Origin: Octopus sinensis
Lineage: Eukaryota
Assembly: GCF_006345805.1 (NCBI RefSeq)
Contig: NC_042999.1
Location: forward strand, 156,240,001 to 156,304,000
Length of the DNA stretch: 64,000 nucleotides
Reading direction: 5' to 3'
Of the stretch, positions 26,401-38,860 are shown piece by piece. Numbering within the stretch: the stretch's first letter is position 1; each line of letters begins with the position of its first letter. Under the pieces are notes generated by a model. The model was given only the letters and a program-made list of their open reading frames with translations, was not told the DNA's origin and did not search any database. The position numbers and the translations under genes are program-made.

Positions 26401-29400
26401 TGTTACCAGTGCCGGTGGCATGTCGAAACTCTACTTGTGAAGACCCGTTGAGGCAAGTGAGGATCAGAATCGAAATCGATCAATGGAATTTGTGGATGTG
26501 TACCAGTGCCGGTGGCATGTCGAAACTCTACTTGTGAAGACCCGTTGAGGCAAGTGAGGATCAGAATCGAAATCGATCAATGGAATTTGTGGATGTGTTA
26601 CCAGTGCCGGTGGCATGTCGAAACTCTACTTGTGAAGACCCGTTGAGGCAAGTGAGGATCAGAATCGAAATCGATCAATGGAAATTGCAGATGTGTTACC
26701 AGTGCCGGTGGCATGTCGAAACTCTACTTGTGAAGACCCGTTGAGGCAAGTGAGGATCAGAATCGAAATCGATCAATGGAATTTGTGGATGTGTTACCAG
26801 TGCCGGTGGCATGTCGAAAACTCTACTTGTGAAGACCCGTTGAGGCAAGTGAGGATCAGAATCGAAATCGATCAATGGAAATTGCAGATGTGTTACCAGT
26901 GCCGGTGGCATGTCGAAACTCTACTTGTGAAGACCCGTTGAGGCAAGTGAGGATCAGAATCGAAATCGATCAATGGAATTTGTGGATGTGTTACCAGTGC
27001 CGGTGGCATGTCGAAACTCTACTTGTGAAGACCCGTTGAGGCAAGTGAGGATCAGAATCGAAATCGATCAATGGAAATTGCAGATGTGTTACAGTGCCGG
27101 TGGCATGTCGAACCTCTACTTGTGAAGACCCGTTGAGGCAAGTGAGGATCAGAATCGAAATCGATCAATGGAATTTGTGGATGTGTTACCAGTGCCGGTG
27201 GCATGTCGAAATCTACTTGTGAAGACCCGTTGAGGCAAGTGAGGATCAGAATCGAAATCGATCAATGGAAATTGCAGATGTGTTACCAGTGCCGGTGGCA
27301 TGTCGAAACTCTACTTGTGAAGACCCGTTGAGGCAAGTGAGGATCAGAATCGAAATCGATCAATGGAATTTGTGGATGTGTTACCAGTGCCGGTGGCATG
27401 TCGAAACTCTACTTGTGAAGACCCGTTGAGGCAAGTGAGGATCAGAATCGAAATCGATCAATGGAAATTGCAGATGTGTTACCAGTGCGGGTGGCATGTC
27501 GAAACTCTACTTGTGAAGACCCGTGAGGCAAGTGAGGATCAGAATCGAAATCGATCAATGGAAATTGCAGATGTGTTACCAGTGCCGGTGGCATGTCGAA
27601 ACTCTACTTGTGAAGACCCGTTGAGGCAAGTGAGGATCAGAATCGAAATCGATCAATGGAATTTGTGGATGTGTTACCAGTGCCGGTGGCATGTCGAACT
27701 CTCTACTGTGAAAACCCGTTGAGGCAAGTGAGGATCAGAATCGAAATCGATCAATGGAAATTGCAGATGTGTTACCAGTGCCGGTGGCATGTCGAAACTC
27801 TACTTGTGAAGACCCGTTGAGGCAAGTGAGGATGAGAATCGAAATCGATCAATGGAATTGTGGATGTGTTACCAGTGCCGGTGGCATGTCGAAACTCTAC
27901 TTGTGAAGACCCGTTGAGGCAAGTGAGGATCAGAATCGAAATCGATCAATGGAATTGTGGATGTGTTACCAGTGCCGGTGGCATGTCGAAATTCTACTTG
28001 TGAAGACCCGTTGAGGCAAGTGAGGATCAGAATCGAAATCGATCAATGGAAATTGCAGATGTGTTACCAGTGCCGGTGGCATGTCGAAACTCTACTTGTG
28101 AAGACCGTTGAGGCAAGTGAGGAGTGAGGATCAGATCGAAATCGATCAATGGAATTTGTGGATGTGTTACCAGTGCCGGTGGCATGTCGAAACTCTACTT
28201 GTGAAGACCCGTTGAGGCAAGTGAGGATCAGAATCGAAATCGATCAATGGAATTGTGGATGTGTTACCAGTGCCGGTGGCATGTCGAAACTCTACTTGTG
28301 AAGACCCGTTGAGGCAAGTGAGGATCAGAATCGAAATCGATCAATGGAATTTGTGGATGTGTTACCAGTGCCGGTGGCATGTCGAAACTCTACTGTGAAG
28401 ACCGTTGAGGCAAGTGAGGATCAGAATCGAAATCGATCAATGGAATTTGTGGATGTGTTACCAGTGCCGGTGGCATGTCGAAAACTCTACTGTGAAGACC
28501 CGTTGAGGCAAGTGAGGATCAGAATCGAAATCGATCAATGGAATTGTGGATGTGTACCAGTGCCGGTGTGGCATGTCGAACTCTTAGTGAAGACCCGTTG
28601 AGGCAAGTGAGGATCAGAATCGAAATCGATCAATGGAAATTGCAGATGTGTTACCAGTGCCGGTGGCATGTCGAAACTCTACTTGTGAAGACCCGTTGAG
28701 GCAAGTGAGGATCAGAATCGAAATCGATCAATGGAATTTGTGGATGTGTACCAGTGCGGTGGCATGTCGAAACTCTACTGTGAAGACCCGTTGAGGCAAG
28801 TGAGGATCAGAATCGAAATCGATCAATGGAAATTGCAGATGTGTTACCAGTGCCGGTGGCATGTCGAAACTCTTACTTGTGAAGACCCGTTGAGGCAAGT
28901 GAGGATCAGAATCGAAATCGATCAATGGAATTTGTGGATGTGTTACCAGTGCGGTGGCATGTCGAAACTCTACTTGTGAAGACCCGTTGAGGCAAGTGAG
29001 GATCAGAATCGAAATCGATCAATGGAATTTGTGGATGTGTTACCAGTGCCGGTGGCATGTCGAAACTCTACTTGTGAAGACCGTTGAGGCAAGTGAGGAT
29101 CAGAATCGAAATCGATCAATGGAAATTGCAGATGTGTTACCAGTGCCGGTGGCATGTCGAAACTCTACTTGTGAAGACCCGTTGAGGCAAGTGAGGATCA
29201 GAATCGAAATCGATCAATGGAACTTGTGGATGTGTTACCAGTGCCGGGCGGCATGTCGAAACTCTACTTGTGAAGACCCTTTGAGGCAAGTGAGGATCAG
29301 AATCGAAATCGATCAATGGAATTTGTGGATATGTTACCAGTGCCGGTGGCATGTCGAAACTCTACTTGTGAAGACCCGTTGAGGCAAGTGAGGATCAGAA

Positions 29401-31810
29401 TCGAAATCGATCAATGGAATTTGTGGATGTGTTACCAGTGCCGGTGGCATGTCGAAACTCTACTGTGAAGACCCGTTGAGGCAAGTGAGGATCAGAATCG
29501 AAATCGATCAATGGAATTTGTGGATGTGTTACCAGTGCCGGTGGCATGTCGAAACTCTACTTGTGAAGACCCGTTGAGGCAAGTGAGGATCAGAATCGAA
29601 ATCGATCAATGGAAATGCAGATGTGTTACCAGTGCCGGTGGCATGTCGAAAACTCTACTTGTGAAGACCCGTTGAGGCAAGTGAGGATCAGAATCGAAAC
29701 GATCAATGGAAATGCAGATGTGTTACCAGTGCCGGTGGCATGTCGAAACTCTACTTGTGAGACCCGTTGAGGCAAGTGAGGATCAGAATCGAAATCGATC
29801 AATGGAATTTGTGGATGTGTTACCAGTGCCGGTGGCATGTCGAAACTCTACTTGTGAAGACCCGTTGAGGCAAGTGAGGATCAGAATCGAAATCGATCAA
29901 TGGAAATTGCAGATGTGTTACCAGTGCCGGTGGCCATGTCGAAACTCTACTTGTGAAGACCCGTTGAGGCAAGTGAGGATGAGAATCGAAATCGATCAAT
30001 GGAATTTGTGGATGTGTTACCAGTGCCGGTGGCATGTCGAAACTCTACTTGTGAAGACCCGTTGAGGCAAGTGAGGATCAGAATCGAAATCGATCAATGG
30101 AATTTGTGGATGTGTTACCAGTGCCGGTGGCATGTCGAAATTCTACTTGTGAAGACCCGTTGAGGCAAGTGAGGATCAGAATCGAAATCGATCAATGGAA
30201 ATTGCAGATGTGTTACCAGTGCCGGTGGCATGTCGAAACTCTACTTGTGAAGACCCGTTGAGGCAAGTGAGGATCAGAATCGAAATCGATCAATGGAATT
30301 TGTGGATGTGTTACCAGTGCCGGTGGCATGTCGAAACTCTACTTGTGAAGACCGTTGAGGCAAGTGAGGATCAGAATCGAAATCGATCAATGGAATTTGT
30401 GGATGTGTTACCAGTGCCGGTGGCATGTCGAAACTCTACTTGTGAAGACCCGTTGAGGCAAGTGAGGATCAGAATCGAAATCGATCAATGGAATTTGTGG
30501 ATGTGTTACCAGTGCCGGTGGCATGTCGAAACTCTACTTGTGAAGACCCGTTGAGGCAAGTGAGGATCAGAATCGAAATCGATCAATGGAATTTGTGGAT
30601 GTGTTACCAGTGCCGGTGGCATGTCGAAACTCTACTTGTGAAGACCCGTTGAGGCAAGTGAGGATCAGAATCGAAATCGATCAATGGAATTTGTGGATGT
30701 GTTACCAGTGCGGTGGCATGTCGAAACTCTACTTGTGAAGACCCGTTGAGGCAAGTGAGGATCAGAATCGAAATCGATCAATGGAAATTGCAGATGTGTT
30801 ACCAGTGCCGGTGGCATGTCGAAACTCTACTTGTGAAGACCCGTTGAGGCAAGTGAGGATCAGAATCGAAATCGATCAATGGAATTTGTGGATGTGTTAC
30901 CAGTGCCGGTGGCATGTCGAAACTCTACTTGTGAAGACCCGTTGAGGCAAGTGAGGATCAGAATCGAAATCGATCAATGGAAATTGCAAGATGTGTTACC
31001 AGTGCCGGTGGCATGTCGAAACTCTACTTGTGAAGAAGACCGTTGAGGCAAGTGAGGATCAGAATCGAAATCGATCAATGGAATTTGTGGATGTGTTACC
31101 AGTGCCGGTGGCATGTCGAAACTCTACTTGTGAAGACCCGTTGAGGCAAGTGAGGATCAGAATCGAAATCGATCAATGGAATTGTGGATGTGTTACCAGT
31201 GCCGGTGGCATGTCGAAACTCTACTTGTGAAGACCCGTTGAGGCAAGTGAGGATCAGAATCGAAATCGATCAATGGAAATTGCAGATGTGTTACCAGTGC
31301 CGGTGGCATGTCGAAACTCTACTTGTGAAGACCCGTTGAGGCAAGTGAGGATCAGAATCGAAATCGATCAATGGAACTTGTGGATGTGTTACCAGTGCCG
31401 GTGGCATGTCGAAACTCTACTTGTGAAGACCCTTTGAGGCAAGTGAGGATCAGAATCGAAATCGATCAATGAATTTGTGGATATGTTACCAGTGCCGGTG
31501 GCATGTCGAAAACTCTATTGTGAAGACCGTTGAGGCAAGTGAGGATCAGAATCGAAATCGATCAATGGAATTGTGGATGTGTACCAGTGCCGGTGGCAGT
31601 CGAAACTCTACTTGTGAAGACCCGTTGAGGCAAGTGAGGATCAGAATCGAAATCGATCAATGGAATTTGTGGATGTGTTACCAGTGCCGGTGGCATGTCG
31701 AAACTCTACTTGTGAAGACCCGTTGAGGCAAGTGAGGATCAGAATCGAAATCGATCAATGGAAATTGCAGATGTGTTACCAGTGCCGGTGTTACCAGTGC
31801 CGGTGGCATG
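17466..31810 (+). repeat. 98-bp tandem satellite, about 146 units, derived from the RTE LINE 3' UTR
   Basis: Unit GATCAGAATCGAAATCGATCAATGGAA(A/T)TTG(CA/TG)GATGTGTTACCAGTGCCGGTGGCATGTCGAAACTCTACTTGTGAAGACCCGTTGAGGCAAGTGAG, with starts at 17466, 17564 and onward. The same unit is present twice in the LINE copies at 9325-9530 and 51083-51290. Confidence 0.98.
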
Positions 31811-32115
31811 TAAGAGAACTTTCCGTTTCGCGACCGTTGCCAGCCTCGCCTGGCCCTCGTGCCGGTGGCACATAAAAAGCACCATCCGTTCGTGGCCGTT
31901 TGCCAGCTCTGTCTGGCACAAGTGCGGGTGGCACGTATAAAAAGCACCCACTACACTCACGGAGTGGTTGGCGTTAGGAAGGGCATCCAGCCGTAGAAAC
32001 ACTGCCAGATTGACTGGGCCTGATGAAGCCTTCTGGCTTCACAGACCCCAGTAGAACCGTCCAACCATGCTAGCATGGAAAACGGACGCTAAACGACGAT
32101 GATGATGATGATGAT
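31811..32115 (+). mobile_element. RTE LINE 3' terminus continuing directly from the satellite
   Basis: TAAGAGAACTTTCCGTTTCGCGACC...GGACGCTAAACGACGATGATG, near-identical to 9531-9862. Confidence 0.95.
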
Positions 32116-32116
32116 A

Positions 32117-32167
<51 letters not shown>

Positions 32168-32389
32168 GTATTATTCTTTTACTCTTTTATTTGTTTCAGT
32201 CATTTGACTGCAACCATGCTGGAGCAATGCCTTTAGTCGAACAAATTGGCCCCAGAACTTATTTTTGGAAGCTTAGTACTTATTCTGTCAGTCACTTTTG
32301 CTGAACTGCTAAGTTACAGGGATGTGAGACACACCAACATCGATTGTCAAGCAATGGTGGTGGAACAAAAACAGTGACACGAACACAAA

Positions 32390-33072
32390 CACACACACAC
32401 ACACATACATACATATATATATATACGACAGGATTCTTTAAGTTTCCGTCTCGTAAATCCATTCACAAGGCTTTAGTCAGCCCGAGGCTATAGTAGAAGA
32501 CTCTTGCCCAAGGTGCTATGCAGTGGGACTGAACCCAGAACCATGTGGTTGGTAAACAAGCTACTTACCACGCAGCCACTCCTGCACCTATGTATGTATA
32601 TGTATTTTTATATATACACACATACCTGCACACACACATATAACAGGCTTCCTTCAGTTTCCATTTACCAAATCCCTTCCCAAGGCTTTAGTTGGCCTAA
32701 GGTTATAGTAGAAAACAGTTGCCATGTAATGGGATTGAACCTGAAGCCATGTAGTTGGGAAGCAAACTTCTTAACCACTCAGCCAAGCCTGCACCTATTG
32801 TTACATTTCCTTATATTCCTCAAACTTAGTAAGCTTCCACTGTACAAGTGTGGAGCTGACTCACTTTGCACTTTAATCATATTTCTAATATAAAAATTCA
32901 ATTGTTTTACATTTCCTTTTAAAGTGTCTGGAACAACATGAAACAAAGTGTTTTGGCCCAAAAACACAATGCACTGACTGGCCTGGTAATTGAAACCAGT
33001 CTTACACTCATGAGTACAACACCCTAACCACTAGGCTAGACACCTTCACACACACACACACACACAACACAC

Positions 33073-33103
<31 letters not shown>

Positions 33104-33750
33104 CGACAGATTCTTTAAGTTTCCGTCTCGTAAATCCATTCACAAGGCTTTAGTCAGCCCGAGGCTATAGTAGAAGACTCTTGCCCAAGGTGCTATGCAG
33201 TGGGACTGAACCCAGAACCATGTGGTTGGTAAACAAGCTACTTACCACGCAGCCACTCCTGCACCTATGTATGTATATGTATTTTTATATATACACACAT
33301 ACCTGCACACACACATATAACAGGCTTCCTTCAGTTTCCATTTACCAATCCCTTCCCAAGGCTTTAGTTGGCCTAAGGTTATAGTAGAAAACAGTTGCCA
33401 TGTAATGGGATTGAACCTGAAGCCATGTAGTTGGGAAGCAAACTTCTTAACCACTCAGCCAAGCCTGCACCTATTGTTACATTTCCTTATATTCCTCAAA
33501 CTTAGTAAGCTTCCACTGTACAAGTGTGGAGCTGACTCACTTTGCACTTTAATCATATTTCTAAATATAAAAATTCAATTGTTTTACATTTCCTTTTAAA
33601 GTGTCTGGAACAACATGAAACAAAGTGTTTTGGCCCAAAAACACAATGCACTGACTGGCCTGGTAATTGAAACCAGTCTTACACTCATGAGTACAACACC
33701 CTAACCACTAGGCTAGACACCTTCACACACACACACACACACACACACAC
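32390..33750. repeat. Direct tandem duplication, period ~678 bp, with breakpoints in (CA)n tracts
   Basis: CGACA at 32426 recurs at 33104. The copies differ essentially by single-base indels in short homopolymer runs. Confidence 0.9.
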
Positions 33751-36126
33751 AAAGGCTTCCGAAGTCTCTGTCTACTAGATTCACTCACAAGGGAACTGGT
33801 CAGACTAGGGCTATTGTAGAAAGCGCTTGTTGAGTTTGCTGCATGCTGGGACTGAACTCAAAACCGCATGGTCGCAAAATGAGATTCCTAACCACACAGC
33901 CATGCCCTGCACCTATATTGTTCTAATGACATAAAAAGCACCATCCAAACGTGGTTGATGCCAGTGCCCCCTGATTGGCTCTTCTGCTGGTGGCACGTAA
34001 AAAGCACTATCCGAACATGATCAATATCAGGGACACCTGACTGGCTCCTGTGCTGGTGGCCCGTAAAAAGCACCATCTAAACGTGGTTGATGCCAATGGC
34101 CCCTGACTGGCTCCTGTGCTGGTGGCACGTAAAAAGCACTATCCAAACATGATCAATACCAGGAATAACTGACTGGCTCCCATGCCAGTGGCATATAAAA
34201 AGCGCCCACTATACTCTCCGAGTGGTTGGTGTTAGGAAGGACATTCAGCTGTAGAAACATTGCCTGATCAGATTGGAGCCTGGTACAGCCTTGTGGCTTT
34301 CCAGATCTCAATCAAACTGTTGAACCCATACCAGCATGGAAAATGTACATTAAACGATGATGATGATGACCAGCCTTTCACTTTGGCAGTGGTGCTGATC
34401 AGAGATAGGGGTGTAATGGCTTGGCAGAGTTTCTACAGCTCGATGCCCTTCCTAACGCTAACCACTCTGAGAGTGTAGTGGTTGTTTTTACATGCCACCG
34501 GCATGAGGGCCAATCAGGCGGTACTGGCAACAGCCACGAAAAAATCGTGCTTTTTTTCACATGCCACCTGCACACCGGCACAAGTGCCAGTAAGGCAATG
34601 CTAGTAACGATCACGCTCGAATGTTGCTTTTTACATGCTACCGGCACGAACGCCGGTTAACCGCTCTGGCAATGATCACGCTCGGATGGTGCTCTTAGTG
34701 CTCCACTAGCACGGATGCCAGTCATTGAATTTGATTTCGATTTCACTTGCCTCAACAGGTCTTAGCAAGCAGTGTCCAATGATGCATAAGATATGCATAA
34801 GTGGGCTGGTTACACCCTTGGTATAAGCCACAAGGTTATGGTCTCACTTGGCTTGCCGGGTCTTCTCAAGTACAGCATGTTTCCAAGTCTCGGTCACTGG
34901 TCATTGTCTCAGTGAGGCCTAAAATTCGAAGGTATATTAATATATATATAACGGGCTTCTTTCATTTCTATCTACCAAATCCACTCACAAGGCTTTATTT
35001 GGCCTGAGGCTATATAGAAGACACTTGCCCAAGGTGCCATGCAGTGGGACTGAACCCAGAACCTTGTCATTGAGAAGCAAGCTTCTCACCACACAGCTAC
35101 GTGGTCACTTATTCTTTGTAAACCTAGTACTTATTCTATCAGTCTCTTTTTTCCACACCGCTAAGTTGTCAAGCAATGATGGGGGAACAAACATATACAT
35201 ACACACACACACATATATATATATATATATTATATATATATATATACACGACGGGCTTCTTTCAGTTTCTGCTTACCAAACCCACTGACAAGGCTTTGGT
35301 CAGCCCAAGGTTATAGCAGAAGACATTTGCCCAAAGTGCCACGCAGTGGGACTGAACCTGGAACCATGTCGTTGAGAAGCAAGCTTCTTAACACACAGCC
35401 ATGCCTTCACCTAATTTATTGCACATAAAATTTACTGGTTTAAAGCAGTTTTTTTCCATTGCCCTGAAAACTTACCGTGTACCCACAAAAATTTTTATAT
35501 GCATTGCGGTTGAGAACCCCTGTCCTTAAGGGTGTCCAAAAATTACCCTTCACACCAACCGTGTTTCGTGATGGAAATGATTATTTTTTTCCCAGCTTGG
35601 TTGGGTTGCTAGTTTAGTTAAAACTGACACAATCATGCAATAAGTTATACCATATTATACTGGGTTACATGTTAATAACATGACCTTAAAATCACCTGAC
35701 GTTACATGATAACTACAGCAATTTTGACTTCTCTCACGTCTCTCTCTTACTTTCTTTCACTTTGTCTTTATCACAAATTTACATGTCTATACAGCATTTC
35801 TCTGCCCTCCAACTCCTTCAATGATTTTCAAATCTACAAGCATCTCTTTTCATTGACCATTTTCCTTCCTTCTTTCCATTAAGACTCCAGCCTGTTAATG
35901 CAATAAGCCGCAGCAATAATCATCATCATCGTTTAACGTCTGTTCTCCATGCTAGCATGGGTTGGACGGTTCGACCGGGGATCTGGGAAGCCAGAAGGCT
36001 GCACCAGGCTCCAGTCTTATCTGGCAATGTTTCTACAGCTGGATGCCCTTCCTAACGCCAATCACTCCATGAGTGTAGTGGGTGCTTTTTACATGCCACC
36101 CGCACAGGTGCCAGGCGAGGCTGGTG

Positions 36127-36460
36127 CCTCAACAGGTCTTTGTGTCCAAGGGAGGAAAGGCATGCATAAGTGGGCTGGGCTCACTTGTCCTGCCTGGTCT
36201 TCTCACATACAGCATATTTCCAAAGGTCTCGGTCGCTGGTCATTTCCTCAGTGAGGCCTAAAGTTCAAAGGTCGTGCTTCACCACCTCGTCCCAGGTTTT
36301 CCTGGGTCTACCTCTTCCATGGGTTCCCTCAACTGCTAGGGATTGGCACTTTTTCACACACCTATCTTCATCCATTCTCGCCACATGACCATACCAGCGC
36401 AATCGTCTTTCTTGCACACCACAACTGATGCTTCTTAGGTACAACATTTCTCTCAAGGTA
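36127..36460 (-). mobile_element. RTE LINE RT C-terminal fragment
   Basis: LRSISCGVQERRLRWYGHVARMDEDRCVKKC...RPRKTWDEVVKHDL. Confidence 0.9.
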
Positions 36461-37254
36461 CTAATAATAATAATAAAAATAAACTTCTGCCAAGGCAACA
36501 CCAATGCCCTCTCAACAATTAGTTGGAAATGATTTTTAAAATGGAAATATCTGAAATAAACTTGACTGCTCTCACAAATGAGAATACTAAAAATGAACCC
36601 AACCACTCTCAAAAATTAAATAAAAAAAACATGAAAAATAATCCAGAATCCTTGTCTGGTAGCAGATCGATCCCAAAATCTAATCAGTTTGTGCCAGTCA
36701 CAAGGCCAAACATCCCTGAAAGTTTTGACTGAATCCATTCAGCAGTTCTTAAGATATCTTGTCCACAGACAAACGAACACGACTGAAAATAATACCTCCA
36801 CCTTCACTAAGGCAGATACAATAATAATAATAATAATAATAAGAAGAAGAAGAAGAATAGTAGTAGTTTCAAATTTTGGCACAAGGCCAGCAATTTCGGG
36901 GGCGGGGCTAAGTTGACTACATCAATACTGGTATATAACTGGTACTTATTTTATTGACCATGAAGTTGGCACCAGCAGAATTTGAACTTAGAATGTAAAG
37001 ACAGACAAAGTGCTGCTAAATATTTTATCCAGTCTGCTAACATTTCTACCAGCTTACCATTTTACGATGAAATAAATACTGGGTTTAAATTTTGGTACAA
37101 GGCCAGCAATTTTACGAGAGGGAGTAAGTCTATTCAATTAACCGCAGTATCTAACCGGTGCTTTATCAACCCTGAAAGGATGAAAGGCAAAATCAACCTC
37201 AGTGGAATTTGAACCCAGAATGTAAAGACAGACAAAATGCCACTAAGCTAGGTG

Positions 37255-37380
37255 AAGTGGCTGAGTTCCTTTCAAGTGTTGGGCCTCACGGAGGCGAGGC
37301 GGCTGAGTTCCTTTCAAGCATTGGGCCTCATGGAGGCAAAGTGGCTGAGTTCTTTTGAGTGTTGGGCCTCACAGAGGCAA
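37255..37380. repeat. Three ~42-bp tandem repeats (GTGGCTGAGTTCCTTTCAAGTGTTGGGCCTCA.GGAGGC)
   Basis: Visible triplication inside a SINE/LINE-tail mosaic. Confidence 0.8.
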
Positions 37381-38619
37381 TGACCAAGACCCTTGGCATT
37401 ATGTCGTGCTTGAGAAGAAGACCCATCAAGCCGAGCAAAATCCTAGTCATGGCAGATACCGGTGTCACACAAATTAGTACGTAAAAGCACCCATTACACT
37501 CTTGGAGTGGTTGGCATTAGAAAGGGCATCCAGCTGTAGAAAACCATGCCAAATCAGACTAGAGCCTGGTGCAGCCTTCCAGCGTGCCAACCCAGTCAAA
37601 CCATCCAGCCTATGCCAGTATAGACAATGGACGTTAAATCATGATGATAATGATGATTTTAAACACGAGTTGATGCAGAGAAAAGTCTACTGATGAAGTA
37701 AGTGTCTACCACTAGAGATAACTATATGACTGATAGTTAGTCAAATAGCCATTTCTAGTTTATGGAAAATTAAGCTTCCTCTAGACCGTCTGTCGGCTTA
37801 CTTACTTCCTAATTTCTTTCAAAGTAATGACTTCATCAAAAAGTGTCACTTGTACTAGGTTTTAAATTGTGTCAGCAAAAATCTCTTCTATTTGGCTGCC
37901 TTCTCACTTCCCACCAAAATTTCTTGTAATAAGGGTGGGGTGAGTATGTCTAAAAAGTCTGCTGCACTTGGTTTTTGTATGGAAATAACACATACAACAT
38001 TATCATGTTATCATGTGATGTAATATCTCTCTAGCCAAATCATTAGATTTAGTGAAGTTTTAAAACAGATGGGCAAGTATCTTCTACTATAACCCTGGGC
38101 TGACCAAACCTTGAGACTGGATTTGGTAGATGGAAACTGACATCAAAATAACACTGACATCTCATTTTAACAGATATCTCTTTGTCTTTTCTCTTTTACT
38201 TGTTTCAGTCATTTGACTGTGGCCATGCTGGAGCACCGCCTTTAGTCGAGCAAATCGACCCCAGGACTTATTCTTTGTAAGCCAAGTACTTATTCTATCG
38301 GTCTCTTTTACCGAACCGCTAAGTGACGGGGACGTAAACACACCAGCATCGGTTGTCAAGCAATACTAGGGGGACAAACACAGACACACAAACATACACA
38401 CACATACATATATATATATATACATATATACGACGGGCTTCTTTCAGTTTCCGTCTACCAAATCCACTCACAAGGCATTGGTCGGCCCGGGGCTATAGCA
38501 GAAGACACTTGCCCAAGATGCCACGCAGTGGGACTGAACCCGGAACCGTGTGGTTGGTTAACAAGCTACTTACCACACAGCCACTCCTAATTTACCAAAA
38601 TTACATAAAAGTATCTTGA

Positions 38620-38860
38620 AATACTAAAGAGTAAATTTATTCAATAAAATCGCCATTGGCTTCAACCATGGCCTCCAACCAAATTCGGAATCTCATGCAA
38701 CTCTTCTAGATGGTCACCCTGTTTAAGTTGGTGAATGCTGCCATAATCCTTGCCTTCAATTCATCTTTGGTGTAACAAGGAGTTTTGTTGAACTCACTCA
38801 CTCAACTGCACCCTACACATAATAATCAAGGGGGTTGCAGTCTGGGGAGTTAGATGGCCA
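38620..38860 (-). mobile_element. Tc1/mariner transposase 3' relic
   Basis: Minus-strand WPSNSPDCNPLDYYV (the SPDLNP motif) followed by a decayed C-terminus. Confidence 0.75.

Noticed and set aside
17466-31810. CRISPR-like array or repeat-encoded protein (many MEFVDVLPVPVACRNST... ORFs)
   Set aside because: There are no unique spacers and no cas genes, and the context is eukaryotic. The 98-bp unit is not a multiple of 3, so the ORFs are frame-walking artefacts.
35446-35522. Tiny hAT MITE (CAGTTTTTTTCC...GAGAACCCCTG)
   Set aside because: TIR match is poor and the TSD unconvincing.
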